This document shows positions 1-11,778 of a DNA stretch of 64,000 nucleotides, piece after piece (positions within the stretch are counted from its first letter, which is position 1; every line of letters starts with the position of its first letter). Under the pieces are notes generated by a model. The model searched no databases and was not told where the DNA came from. It saw only the letters and a program-made list of their open reading frames with translations. Made by a program: the position numbers and the translations under genes. This stretch comes from Schizochytrium sp. TIO01. Taxonomy: Eukaryota > Protista > Bigyra: Labyrinthulomycetes. The stretch is from the NCBI GenBank assembly GCA_004764695.1, contig SMSO01000034.1:4154001-4218000 (forward strand), given 5' to 3'.

Positions 1-1
1 A

Positions 2-1330
2 CACCAGACGACGGTGAATGAGAGTCTTATCAGAGTCCTCATCAGCAATCTCTACATCCTCAATAATGAGCTCGCCACTAAGCTCGGAGTGCTCCTTGGC
101 CACTGACTTACGCGTGCCGAGATCCGGGCCCAAGGTAACGTAGGGGACCTTGGCATCCTCCAAACCTTCAGGGTAGAGCTGCGACATAGACGGGGAGAGC
201 TCAGCTTGAACAGCCTCGATTGACTCAAAGGTATGATTGCGTCCAAGACTGATGACAATCAGCCGAGCAATACCATTGCTGGACGCAACCTGGAGCTGAC
301 CCTCTTCGCTGGCAAACGTCCACTCATGCTCACGGCCTTGGGGCACCAGGAACACAGCACAAGGGATTGCAGCGTCTTTCAGGCTCCGGTCAGAGTCCAC
401 AATGCTGACAAGGAAACGCGGGGTGCTGGCGTTCTCCATAGAGGCATCCCAAAGAGCAAAACGAGCGCGAAGACCGCGTCCTTTGGTCTGGATGTTACGT
501 TGCATGTGGTACACGAGGCGGCGGTCCTCCACAGCTTGCTCAAGTTCCTCACGGGTTTCCACAGATTGTCCAGGCTGGCCCGGCGCAGGGAAAACCGCAA
601 GGGTGGGGTTCTCGGCAGACTTGTGAGCACGGATCAAGAAGGGAGCAATGTTGGAACCAGCAGCCGGGTCGAATGCACGAACCTCAAGCGTAAATCCACT
701 GCTAGGCTGGAACTTCTCCACAAGAAGTTGGAGAATGTGCTCCTGGGCAAGAGTCACACAAAGGTAAGATCCACCAGGACGCAAAACGCGCTCGATCTCG
801 GCAAGCATCTTGCTACCCTGCTCCACCGCAGACTCATCAGTCATAAGGGCATCAAGTGCACCCTTATCAAAGACTAGGTCGAATGTCTTGTCCCAGGAGG
901 ACTCCATGGCAAGAAAGTCCATAACCTCGTACTTAAGACCAGGCTTATCTGTGGCGCGAGCACGCATTTCCTCGATGACGACCTCACTAAAATCAATGCT
1001 GGTCACTTGGTGGAATCCCGCAGCGTACATATCCTCACTAAGGGTGGAGTTACCGCAACCAACAACAAGAACCTTAGCGTTCTCGCGAGTTTCCGCAGGA
1101 ACAGACATGGTCTCGACCTGGTCCGCAAAATCAGACCACGAACCATACCACTCGAAGGCTCCAGTGCGACCATCTTGCTCACGAAGCTTGTTAAAGAACT
1201 GGTCCCAGTATGTGCGCGTAGCAAATTGCTGGTGCGTCTGCGGAAGAAGCTTAAGAGCCTCCTCGGGGTTTGGGTTCATGATTGGCACAGCCCGGCCTTC
1301 CTCAGCGCCACGAGGCGGCTTTGGGGGCAT
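2..1330 (-). CDS. METTL13: eEF1A lysine/N-terminal methyltransferase (METTL13 family), 3' end beyond the left edge of the window
   Basis: Hand translation from ATG at 1330 gives MPPKPP...YWDQFF...AFEWYG...KVLVVGCGNSTLSEDMY (class I SAM motif I). Further on is AVFLVPQGREHEWTFASEEG, the METTL13 inter-domain signature. The frame appears open to the window edge, which explains its absence from the ORF track. Confidence 0.9.
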   Translation of the reverse strand, partial: MPPKPPRGAEEGRAVPIMNPNPEEALKLLPQTHQQFATRTYWDQFFNKLREQDGRTGAFEWYGSWSDFADQVETMSVPAETRENAKVLVVGCGNSTLSEDMYAAGFHQVTSIDFSEVVIEEMRARATDKPGLKYEVMDFLAMESSWDKTFDLVFDKGALDALMTDESAVEQGSKMLAEIERVLRPGGSYLCVTLAQEHILQLLVEKFQPSSGFTLEVRAFDPAAGSNIAPFLIRAHKSAENPTLAVFPAPGQPGQSVETREELEQAVEDRRLVYHMQRNIQTKGRGLRARFALWDASMENASTPRFLVSIVDSDRSLKDAAIPCAVFLVPQGREHEWTFASEEGQLQVASSNGIARLIVISLGRNHTFESIEAVQAELSPSMSQLYPEGLEDAKVPYVTLGPDLGTRKSVAKEHSELSGELIIEDVEIADEDSDKTLIHRRLV

Positions 1331-2631
1331 GATATCCTTGCGACCAGACATTTGCTAGATACGAACTAAATATATAGGCTCGACGAATCAACGATTGATT
1401 TCAAATGGAAAGCTCGCAAATCGAATTGCTCGTGATGATGACGATGGCTACAAAGATAGGAAGCTCCAAAAACTTCGCGAGACCACTAATCTGCAAGACA
1501 ACTCGAGTCTCACAATCGATCCAGCCAGTTTTAGGCGCAGACCTTCTCTAAAATAGCTCCAAAAAGACCTCCGAGGTCTCTGAAGCTGCCCTTTGCAGGT
1601 TTGCGAAGCTCCTTGAGCTTTGCTCTGCGCCAAGTGCTCCAAACCTTCGATTCTGCCTCGCCGCCACTAGTCCCGACCAAGCCTCCTCCGCGGCCGTAGC
1701 AGAGAACGCCCAATATTATGCTTATTATTTAGCAGTCAGCGATAGGAACAAAAAGAACAGTGCACAACCCATTTTCATATTACATAGAACGCTTGGAACA
1801 TACTGTCTTATTCTTCATTGATGAGATGGATAAATCTCGCGCTTGCTTATGATCCCATTCACAACCTGGTTGGTACAACAAGAGTTAAAAACTTAACATT
1901 ACCATCAAGGATAACATTAACGCATACGACTTTGCTGTTCTTAAGAGGGTTAATGTGGCTTTGCGAAATAAAAATATATATCTCTCTCAGTGGCGCCAAT
2001 TCTATGTACTACGAATTGCTCATTATTACAAGGAAATTTATTGTAAATGCGTTTATGAATTTCTTACCTAAGTAGCGGGAAGATTGCCCATGGCCTCTGA
2101 TATGAGGGAACATGCGTTTCTGCCCATTGTTGTTGTACCCGATTTCTCCAGCTCTATATCATTGAAATAAATGCATTACAGATGTCTCTAGAGTTTGTGT
2201 TTATAGTTTTGAGATTATAGCTCGAAACATTAAGATTTTTACATATTGGGCTGTACAAAGAAATATTCACCAAAAACGTTGCCAACGTTGCAAACCAGCC
2301 GCTTGCTGCAATTTATTGTGAGGAAACTATTCATATAGATGTTCTCGATCTACCTTTGCATTGTCTCATTCCCGACCTCCTTCTTTTCAAAGGCTAAGCT
2401 CGCAGATGTGGCCTATGGGAAAAAAGAACACGTTAATTAAAGATGGGGCGGGAAAGGTAAGTAATTTTAACAGACATAGGTACCTACCTACCTAGGTAGC
2501 AGGTACTAGGCGTGATCAAATTGAACAAGGACATAATTGAAGAGCAACATCACAGCAGAGGCGACCAGAGTGAACAAAACCCTATTCGCAGCGCGAGATC
2601 GCTCTTAGAGAGCTGGCGGAGGGGCTCCTCG

Positions 2632-5600
2632 ATGGAGGCCTCTTCCGGTCCCTCGTGGAGCGTCGCGTGCCGACTGCTGGGACAGCAAAATCTCCAAAAT
2701 GACCGGCAGGTTTACCACGGCAACCGACTGCTTACCGGAAGCACAAAACAGAGATATTCTGCAACAACTTCGACGTCGAAGCGAGGGTCGAGATCGCAAA
2801 CAAGACCGGAAAGGATTTCGCCCCCGTCATCACCGCGAAGGAGACCTGGGAGTGCAAGGAGCGAATCTGGTAGATCAACAACATCTAGTCACAATGGTGG
2901 TGGGACTGCGAGTTCTCCACGAGGTGGAAAGGGAGCCATGAAGTGGAAATGTACATCGCTTGAGGCCGAAAAGGCTGTGATCATTCAACAAGCTCTGGGT
3001 CCTGAAGAGTCCCTGCAGCGGATAAGTGGCTTTGATAAGATTTTCCGTGAGCAGGTGAAGGACGAGGTTATTTTCCAGCGCTTAGAAGAGCCCCTGCTCA
3101 ACGATGTATGGAATGGCGCTGACTCATGCGCAGTTACGTGTGGTGCAATCGAACCTAATACCGCAGGATATATCGGTTTGAGAAGACCTTTGCAATATCT
3201 ATTTGATCGGATTGATGAAGCAACAGACACTGCAGCAACCGTGTTACGTTTCAAAGTGTTTCTCTCCATTTTGCATGTGAGCTCTGACCAAATTGTAGAC
3301 GCCTTAGCGCCCGCACCAAGACGATTACAGCAAGGTTCAGACGGACACCTCAATCCAGCACCAAGTTCTGTCCAGATTGACTCGGCAGAAGAGGGCATCG
3401 ATCGCCTTGCAGGTGTGGACAATCCTTACCAGTCAAACAAAAGAGCGGTACCTGTCCACCAGGTATTCTGTTTGCGCTTGGAGAGATGGGTGAGATCCCG
3501 TAAGCGTGGATTACTTACACCAGATCGCCACCGCAATTCTCTTCTCTCGTCGCACCCACTCTCCTCGTCGGAGATACCAGCAGATTCCTCAGAAGACTGG
3601 TCTGTGACAACCTCCAATTTTAGGAGGGTTTTCTTGCATATTCTTGAGACAACTCCCGATGGTAAGTCAAGCCCTGGTAAACCTGCCTCCGATGCTCTCG
3701 GCGCCCATGCAAGTGCGCACAGCCATCGGCTGCATCGAGATGTAGCTCAAACCCTCACCTCATTCTGCCGATGCCTCAAAGAGGATGGTCTTTCCTATCG
3801 TGAAACAAAGCTCACGTATGTACTTAAACCTGTCTTTACCAATGCTACTCGATGCACCCTTACTGCATTTGTAGAGTCACCTTCTGACAACTACTGTAGA
3901 AGTGCTGGGCCGCTGAGATTCGCAGAGCGGGCTTTGCGATCATTACATGCCCGTCAATCTGCACCAAGAGTAGAACCCGATTCGGCATGACTTGGACACA
4001 GGAATTGACCATCCAGATATTCTACTTCTCGAGGACGACGAGGATGACAACGGACTCACGTTGCATTATGGAGGTTTGCCATCTTCTGAAAGCATGCGTA
4101 GTATAACAACGAGGCGCTTGCGCAAGGGCAGTCAAGCAAGTGTTGAAACTAAATACGAGCGCACTTCTGAGTTTAGTCGTCCCGGATCTTCAAGCTCTAG
4201 CACGCGAGCATTTGAAAGTTCAAGAAGCCGCGCACTTGACATCCTCCATGACTTACGGGAAGACTTAGACCATGCTGGTCTAGAAAGACACGATGCAAAC
4301 CCTGAGTATATTTTAGATGTTGGCAATTTTAAGAGAGAGGCAACTTCGTGGAAGGATAGCCCTTTTCAAGGAGCCCGAACCCCTCGATCTAAGGCAAGCA
4401 GTGCTATTCGAATTAATGATTTGGATGAGACGGACCTGCAGGCGTCTCGCGAAGCTTTACGTCAACAACTCGCTCGTTTTCAAGTTGAAAAGGAAATTAT
4501 CTCCAAAGTCCGAGAACCAATAACCGTCACAAACGAGTCGAATGAAGCAATCGGGGATATGGTGCAGCGGCTTGAGGACGAACGGAGGCAAGCTTTGGAA
4601 AAAGGTCGAGGTTTAATGCAACAAATTTGGCAACTTGAAGCTGAGAAAAGTGATGCGTTGAGAAAAGCAAGAGTTTTGCATGAACGTGTTGAAATTCTTG
4701 AAGCAGAGCGTGATGCTCAAGAGGCAACGTTGCCACAGTGGCGAACCCAGCACGACGCCCAGGTTGAGGCGCTGAAAGATCAACACACAACCGAAATGGA
4801 ACAACTTCGTCGTGATAATGATGCCCGAATGCGTAAGTTGCGTGCTGAGCATCTAGAACAGATTGGCCAAGTGGAATCTTCGCGAACCAAGCTGGCGGAA
4901 CAAGAACGGAAGAAACTGCAAGAGCAAATTGAACAAATTGAACAGCGTCATAAAGATGAAATCAAGGCTTTGCGGGATCGTGCAGGGGAGCGTGAAGCAA
5001 CCTTTAAGCAACGGCTAAAGGATGCTCAATCAGAAGGTCGCAAGCATATCGAGCAGGCTACTCTTAAAGAAATCGAGCGCGATCGTTTAGTAAGGGAAGC
5101 ACAAGAGCAACTCGCAGACGCGAAAGCTCAACACCAGAATGAACTGGATAAGCTTCGAGCCGATATCGAGGAAGAGCGCCGTGATATGGAACAGTTTCGT
5201 GAAGAGGAGCGCGACCGTGCAGAGCAAGCGTTGCATGATGTCGAAATGGAACGCAAATTACGGAGGGAGCGAGAGGAAGCGCATCGCGAGGCCCTTTTCA
5301 ATGCTCAACGGCGCATCACTGCTTTACAAGATGATGTAAGTCGCCTATCAAAGACTACCGTGCCTGATATCTCGACACATCCTGCTGGTACTTCTATCGC
5401 TTCTGGAGATCCTAGTGCCTTTTCATCTTCAATGAAGACCGCACTTGTTGCAAGGGTTCAGCAAAGTGAAGAGCTGTCACGCCTCCGGCGGACGTTGCGG
5501 GAAAAAGAGTCTGAAACGGAAAGCGCGTATGCTAAGCTCTCTGATCTGCAACTTCAGAATTCAGCTCTCATGGAGGATAGTGAAAGACTTCGGGGTGAAG

Positions 5601-6494
5601 TCATCCGGCTACGTGAGGAAATAGAGCTTATGAAGTCTCAAGTGGCAGCACGTGACAATGAAATTATTTCGTTGAAGACGGTATCAGGTGAACTGAGCTC
5701 TGCTCATGAAGAAGCATGTCATGAGTTGGAAAAATCAGCATCTCAAATTGACCAACTGCCATAAAGAACTTGCATCTCGACGACAAGTTGATGCTCACTT
5801 GAGTCGTGCAGAACGCGAACTTAACAACCTTCGAGAGAATTTAGAGGATAGCCAATCAGCCCTTCACTCTCAGGAACGTCGTGTTGCTGAAGCGGAAACA
5901 CGTGCTCTCGATCTCAGTTCTACACTGCGCGATGTTGAACGTCGTCTCGAAGAAGCAATGCAAGAGCGTGAACAAGCTATTGAAGATGCAACAACTCTTC
6001 GTAACCGTCTTATCGGTGCTCAAGAGGCCTTAAATGACCATTCACAAGCCTTGGATGAAATTCAACGTTTGAAAGAGCGGCTTCGTAGTGTGGAAATGGC
6101 AGCACGGCAGGGCAACGAAGAAGACTCCATGCCAGCTCCACCTCCGCGATATGCGCCTCCACCCTCCCCAATGTCTACACCACAATTTCGCAGACGCCGA
6201 GCTGTTCCGGCCTCTCCAGGAACAGTAAGAAGTCGCCAAACTTCATACCGTGCGTCTTCACTTGAGCGTTCTGATGAAGAAGTTATCGAACGAGCTGCTC
6301 GGGCAGCCGCGGACCAAACTGTCGCTTCAATTTCTAATGTTTTAAATAGAAGCCACCGGAAATCTTCGCTTGATGAATCCGATGACCCGATTCGTGGAGC
6401 TTTAGCGCAGACACTACGGGATAAGGAAGATGAAGTAAAAGAACTCAAACGTCGCATTCAAGCATTGGCTAGTACAAATATTACATTTGTCTAA
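2632..6494 (+). CDS. Kinesin-motor-fold protein with degenerate nucleotide-binding motifs plus long coiled coil; split into three ORFs by two +1 discontinuities (about 1286 aa if joined)
   Basis: ORFs 2512-3990, 3992-5764 and 5706-6494 lie in successive frames 1, 2, 3. Kinesin-like elements appear in order: FDKIF, PLLNDVWNG, FKVFLSILHV..DQIVDAL, HQVFCL, SYRETKLTYVLK, LRFAERA. An E/R/Q-rich coiled coil continues across the second junction. First in-frame ATG is at 2632. Confidence 0.7.
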
Positions 6495-6889
6495 ATCTAG
6501 ATTCAAGTTTTACGAAAACACTATCCATAAATTTAAAGTTTTTGATTCTGATTTTGATCTATAGTCTCGTCCCCTTTATTCCAAACGTTCAACTACCAAC
6601 TTCTCTAATGCTCCAGTGCCTAGATTGCATTGCTGATGATGGCTTTCTGCAAAAGAACATATTTACTGATTATAGAAGAAATGATGTTCTGAGAAACGAA
6701 GTCTACCTCAACGCTGCTCCGTCAAGCCTGCCCCTGCATACAAGGGCTTCCCCACAAATCTTTAAAAAAAAAAAAATAACAACAAAAATACTAATGTTCA
6801 TTCCGTGGTTAGACTAGTTTCCGAAACTTGGAATAACTAACGCTAGATGATCTTCTCATTGAACGAAGAGAAAGTATTACTTACAGACG

Positions 6890-9800
6890 CTAAAGCTTGA
6901 TTGGATGAGCATCCACACGAAGAAGCCAATTACAAAATGCTGCTTGCGCAACTGCAGGGTCACTCTGTCTCTTGAGGGTAGCACAGTACAACGGGTCTTT
7001 GCGGAATACATCCCAAAAGGTCAAATTCTTGTTTCTGAAAGGTCCAAAATTGAAATGATGTCTGCGGCCATAGTGAACCCAATCGTCTTCTTCCGTGACC
7101 TTCAAATTCGAATTTGCCTGCTTAACACAATCAATTGGCGTAATGTCAACTGAGGGCCTGGAGCTATACCATACTACAAGGTTTGTAAGATTCTGGGCAT
7201 TTTTAATGGTCCCCTCAGACTTGATGCGGTGCAGCCAGTACCGAATGTAAGCGAGATCTTCACTATAGACTGCTGAAAATGTCTTCCGCGCATGCCTACC
7301 AACTAGAAGATATTGATTATCGCCATGGTTTGACCACTCCACTAAACTAGAGTATTCTTCGAGAGGTAGATCTACTCCACGTGGTGATATGGTTTTTGAA
7401 GCTTGGGATAAAGGAAGTGTATGCGATAGAGGGTTGAAAACTTCGAGAAGACAACTCCATGTAGACTTGGACTGCAGATGATATCGAGCTTCTGGGAATA
7501 CAAGCTGCCGTTCCTTTGATGACTGAAGTAGATTGAAGACATGGTCGATAAGTTGTGGCCTTGACTTGGACTCAAAGTACTTCTGTATTGATCGTTCTGG
7601 AGAGTCACGCTGTCCTAGAATCTGACGAACGTAAGTGTTCACAAGTCCATGAATGTCTTGGCTGTATAGCTGGTATTTACGCAAAATTCGCCGAGCCTTG
7701 GGCAGATGCTGTTGCACATCGACATGGTGAGCACGTTCGAGATGGTCAACGACTGTATCTTGATCCGGAAAGCACATTCCAGCTGCCCCTGAAAGATCCC
7801 CACCATAGCAAAAGACAGCGACAGGGTCTGGCAATATTGAATGCCTAGAAGGACAGTATTGAGTTTGCTTAGTGTCCGCAGCGAGATCATCCATTGCCCA
7901 CGAATAACATAGTGGACACACTATAAGCTGACGTGCTGCGCTGGTACTGCTACAGGCTTCGGAATGCAGATTCATTCCATCAATGTCAAAGTTGTTCTGC
8001 CATTTGTCAACACCGCACATGTGAGCTCGCAGAAGTTGCTCTCGTCGCGACACCTTCAAAGGCTTGGAAAAGTCTATGCATAGCGGTAAGTTCTTGGTTC
8101 TAGGTTGGGAATATATTGGACTATTCAGAGAAATCCGGATCTTCTTGCGATGGCTAGATTTTTCCAAATTAGAATAAGCGTCTCGTTTAAATGTCTTGAT
8201 ACTATAGCTTTCTATGGCTTCGGAGTCAAGTTGTTGTTTTTTGCCTTCTTTCTCAGGTCTTACGTTTTTACGTCCTCGTTCACTTTTCTTTTCTTTCAAA
8301 CTTGGGCTAGATTCAACTTTATGCATTGGAGAGGAAACCTCTCTTGTTGAAGAGCCCGTGATACTTGCACGATTGTTGCTGACGTCATTTTTTGTATCTT
8401 GGTCAAAAACAGACGCAGCGATACTCGCAATAGACCTTAGCTCGTCGATTGCAGTGTTCCGGACGGCAAGACTTTGGGGTCTGGTTGTTGAGTTTCTTGC
8501 ACGAAAATCTGTGAAAAATGAGCAGACGCCACTAGACGTCGTCGGTGTCTTGAAAATGCTTTTCAACTTTGATTTCTCTCTTCGCAGGAAGAATCGGATG
8601 AAAGCTGTTGTGCATTGATCAGTTTGTACAATGTATCCTTTAAGGCTCTTACTGTTATCCCGCAAAAGGTAGTCCTTGCCCAAAACTGATTGCTCGCTAC
8701 AACGATGCCTTGGTTTCAAAAGGATTGGACATTCGCTATTTTGCTCACGTGCCAGGCTCCACCCTTCGTTGAGGAAAAAGTCTACGAAATCATTTATCTT
8801 GAGGGGTTCCAGAAGATCGATTCTTTCCATTCTTTCCTCTATTCTGATAGTAGAAGGTTCAGATTTCGCACTCTTACCTTTTGAATTACTGCCATTTGAA
8901 ATCTCCAAGAAAGGTTGGGCTTTTTTACAAAGGGCAGAGTTAGAACTTTGGCTTTTGAGTTGAGCAAAAGGCGCACTAGAATGCGGTGGTTGATTTTGAG
9001 AGAGAGTGGAGACATCATCTTCTTCCAGGTCTCTGCCCTCAAGTGCTGGAGGACTATTATCATTCTGATGCTGGCTACTTCGTTGCTCTATGAATGGGGT
9101 TTCTGATCTGTTTTGGGAAGGTTCGCCTGAGTTCGCAGCATCGTATTCAACCTGAAGATCAGGAAATACTTGAAGAATATTGTCTAAACCGTCATGAACC
9201 CTGAAGTAGTCTTCTCCTGGACGTGACTCAAAATCGTCATATGAGTGCCCCGGGCGTACAAGTGCATCAACCGGGAACGGGTGTTCGACCTCAGCCAAAG
9301 TAAAACCGCGCTTTCTGAGGAACTTCAGTAGTTGTTGGTTCTTTGTGGGGTTTTCCACGTCATGATTGTCACTCTTTGAGGATTGTGAAGTGATCTCTTT
9401 ATGCGAAGAACCATTGCTTTTCTCATGACCAATGCCTTGTTTTGACAAGATTGAGTCTTGAGAAGTTGCTCGACAATTCTTATGTTGCGGAGACATGTGA
9501 GACTTTTTCAAGGTCTCTTGAAGTGGACGTGTTGGGGTTTCCAGATCTTGTGCGTCTTTGCTGCATTCATCAGGGGTAGCATAATCATTCATGCTGGCCT
9601 CAACATTAGGAGCAGCTTGGTCTTTAATTTGCGTAAGTTTTCTTTCCTTTTGTTGCTCATCACTTGACTCAGACGAGGAAGTAGACGCATCACTGAAAAT
9701 ATCCCGTCGGCGCAATCTTTTCAGTTGTATATTAGGACTACCCGAGCGTTCCTTATAGGCATCTTTTGAATCTTGGGCTTTGCTTGGATTATTAGTATCT

Positions 9801-10594
9801 CTCAGACTAATGACCACACCTTCGCCTTCATTTTTTTCTTCGTTTTCAGAGAGGTTATGCGTACTTAAAGTAGGTTCAACAATATCAGCTGTGTCTTCAG
9901 GTGCGTCAGTCTTTGTTTCCGTATTCTTGGTCACCAAGAAATCAATTTCAAGTCGCATGCACTTTGGCTCTTGTCCCTTGAGCGAAGAAATCGATGCGTT
10001 CTTTACCTGTACAGAGGTAGTTGAATTCGCCGCACCTGTCGCAGAAGTGAATTGAATATGGACATTAGGTTTATCCTTCAAGCTGTGCCAGTTCTCTAGG
10101 AAAATTGTATCTGGGGCAATATCAATATGCTCAAGGTTTTCATGATAACTTGTCACCCGCTGCTGCTTAGTAGCTTGTCGATATGGCGAAGACTTTTGAG
10201 ATGAGAAATTCTGGTGTAATAAGCTCGAAAATGTTGAATCTTGGAATCCCCCAACGATGCCTGTACCCTGAAGACGCTTTAAAACACTCGCTATGCTTAA
10301 ACTCCGCGTTTTTGTTTGCAGTAAGTCTTTACTCAGGGAGTCAAGAAGGCGTAATTTATGTGCGTTCATCTCTAATTCAGCCTGTGCGATGTCATGAATA
10401 ATTCGTCGCTCATCTCGAATCTTGGCTAGAACGGCAGCAATCTCGTGCGGCTTGAACTTTGTTGCTAAATGCTTTTCGCCGCCATCTAAGCATTCTCTAA
10501 CACAAACTGAAACCGTAGATGTTTGGGTACTCTGACTGCTATCGATCGACTCATTGTGAATTGAACTTCGCTTTGATTCTTCTTTACTCGACAT
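6890..10594 (-). CDS. Uncharacterised 1234-aa protein with two internal GW/PG/GxDY repeats, a split C2H2-like Zn finger and two C-terminal FGK-type (DUF3820-like) repeats
   Basis: Uninterrupted 1234-codon ATG ORF. Motifs: CPLC...HLERAH, GRHARKTFSAVYSEDLAYIRYWL and FGPFRNKNLTFWDVFRKDPLYCATL. Confidence 0.8.
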   Translation of the reverse strand: MSSKEESKRSSIHNESIDSSQSTQTSTVSVCVRECLDGGEKHLATKFKPHEIAAVLAKIRDERRIIHDIAQAELEMNAHKLRLLDSLSKDLLQTKTRSLSIASVLKRLQGTGIVGGFQDSTFSSLLHQNFSSQKSSPYRQATKQQRVTSYHENLEHIDIAPDTIFLENWHSLKDKPNVHIQFTSATGAANSTTSVQVKNASISSLKGQEPKCMRLEIDFLVTKNTETKTDAPEDTADIVEPTLSTHNLSENEEKNEGEGVVISLRDTNNPSKAQDSKDAYKERSGSPNIQLKRLRRRDIFSDASTSSSESSDEQQKERKLTQIKDQAAPNVEASMNDYATPDECSKDAQDLETPTRPLQETLKKSHMSPQHKNCRATSQDSILSKQGIGHEKSNGSSHKEITSQSSKSDNHDVENPTKNQQLLKFLRKRGFTLAEVEHPFPVDALVRPGHSYDDFESRPGEDYFRVHDGLDNILQVFPDLQVEYDAANSGEPSQNRSETPFIEQRSSQHQNDNSPPALEGRDLEEDDVSTLSQNQPPHSSAPFAQLKSQSSNSALCKKAQPFLEISNGSNSKGKSAKSEPSTIRIEERMERIDLLEPLKINDFVDFFLNEGWSLAREQNSECPILLKPRHRCSEQSVLGKDYLLRDNSKSLKGYIVQTDQCTTAFIRFFLRREKSKLKSIFKTPTTSSGVCSFFTDFRARNSTTRPQSLAVRNTAIDELRSIASIAASVFDQDTKNDVSNNRASITGSSTREVSSPMHKVESSPSLKEKKSERGRKNVRPEKEGKKQQLDSEAIESYSIKTFKRDAYSNLEKSSHRKKIRISLNSPIYSQPRTKNLPLCIDFSKPLKVSRREQLLRAHMCGVDKWQNNFDIDGMNLHSEACSSTSAARQLIVCPLCYSWAMDDLAADTKQTQYCPSRHSILPDPVAVFCYGGDLSGAAGMCFPDQDTVVDHLERAHHVDVQQHLPKARRILRKYQLYSQDIHGLVNTYVRQILGQRDSPERSIQKYFESKSRPQLIDHVFNLLQSSKERQLVFPEARYHLQSKSTWSCLLEVFNPLSHTLPLSQASKTISPRGVDLPLEEYSSLVEWSNHGDNQYLLVGRHARKTFSAVYSEDLAYIRYWLHRIKSEGTIKNAQNLTNLVVWYSSRPSVDITPIDCVKQANSNLKVTEEDDWVHYGRRHHFNFGPFRNKNLTFWDVFRKDPLYCATLKRQSDPAVAQAAFCNWLLRVDAHPIKL

Positions 10595-11778
10595 AGTATC
10601 TGAGATTTAACTTGTGGTCGAGGAGCTCCTTCCTTTTCAACAAATTTGCGATTGCAACTTTTAATTTCTAATACGTAGTTGGGGCCCGTTCCGCGGCCTG
10701 GCCTGAATAAAATATGTGTCACCTCTTGCCCCCGCAGAGTTATATAGACAGTTCTCGGCTAAAATGGTGGAGGAAACCGCAAAGGCAAGCATACAGGAAG
10801 CAGCAACTTCTCTGCAAGGGTTCACTCAAAGTGCTTGCTTTGAGTCCAGGATCTCAGGGATATTGTCTTCTTCAAAAGTTTGCAAGACTTATTTTAGTCC
10901 ACGGTTTATTAATTTCTTACTCTCTCGATGCAGACAGCTTCATAAAAGGTATACATATATACATTTATCTGTTGCCTTAAAAAACTGCACCACTTGATTG
11001 AAACACACAACCCCTTCGCTGGCCCGTTACAAGAGGCTCGCAAGCTCGATGTTACGTTCGAACTTTGGGTTCACGCCGCGGCAATATCGTTTCGCGCGTT
11101 TCACAACTCTTCGTCTAAGGGATCTTAAGAGTGCCTTATTGCTAGGGGCAGTATTTTGATCATTAAGTAGGTCCGTAAGTAGTATTCCTAACGAAATAGT
11201 GTTCGCTTTCGCTTGTCAAAGAATAGCTACAGGTACTATTTTGCTCTACTGTTACTGTGGACATCCTAAGACTGCCACGCTTACTTTGGGGGAACACTGT
11301 TCCGACGAATACTAGATACCAGTAGGAGCTTCTTCATTTGTTTTTGTTGCTGCAAAATTAATCAGGAGTTTGCGACAGACGTGGCCAGAAGACTTAAATT
11401 TGTTTGTTTCACCAGACCACCTTCAAGGTTTTAACAATGAGGTACCTTCCAAGGTCGTGTGAAGGAAAGGTCATGGGCATGCCGTGACTGATTAAGCTAA
11501 GAAAAAATACATTGTCCATTTGCGAAATAGCAATTGAGACTTTCTGTGGCACAAAATAAAACTGCAAAGGCATTAAATTGGTTGTAACTTTTAGATCGTA
11601 GTAGTATTGTTAGAAAGGGCAGTAGTGAGAAAGTTTATAAAGGGACCTCCACGAGTGAGCTTATTCTGAAAATAATTAGCCTACAGACAAGAAGACAAAC
11701 TCGACATGGAGAGAGCAGGAAAATTGGCAAACGTGACTATTTCCCGTCCAATCTAAAGTTATTCTAGTTCGTGTGAGT

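Noticed and set aside
233-1369. Plus-strand ORFs of 214, 182 and 120 aa
   Set aside because: Antisense shadows of METTL13 on the minus strand.
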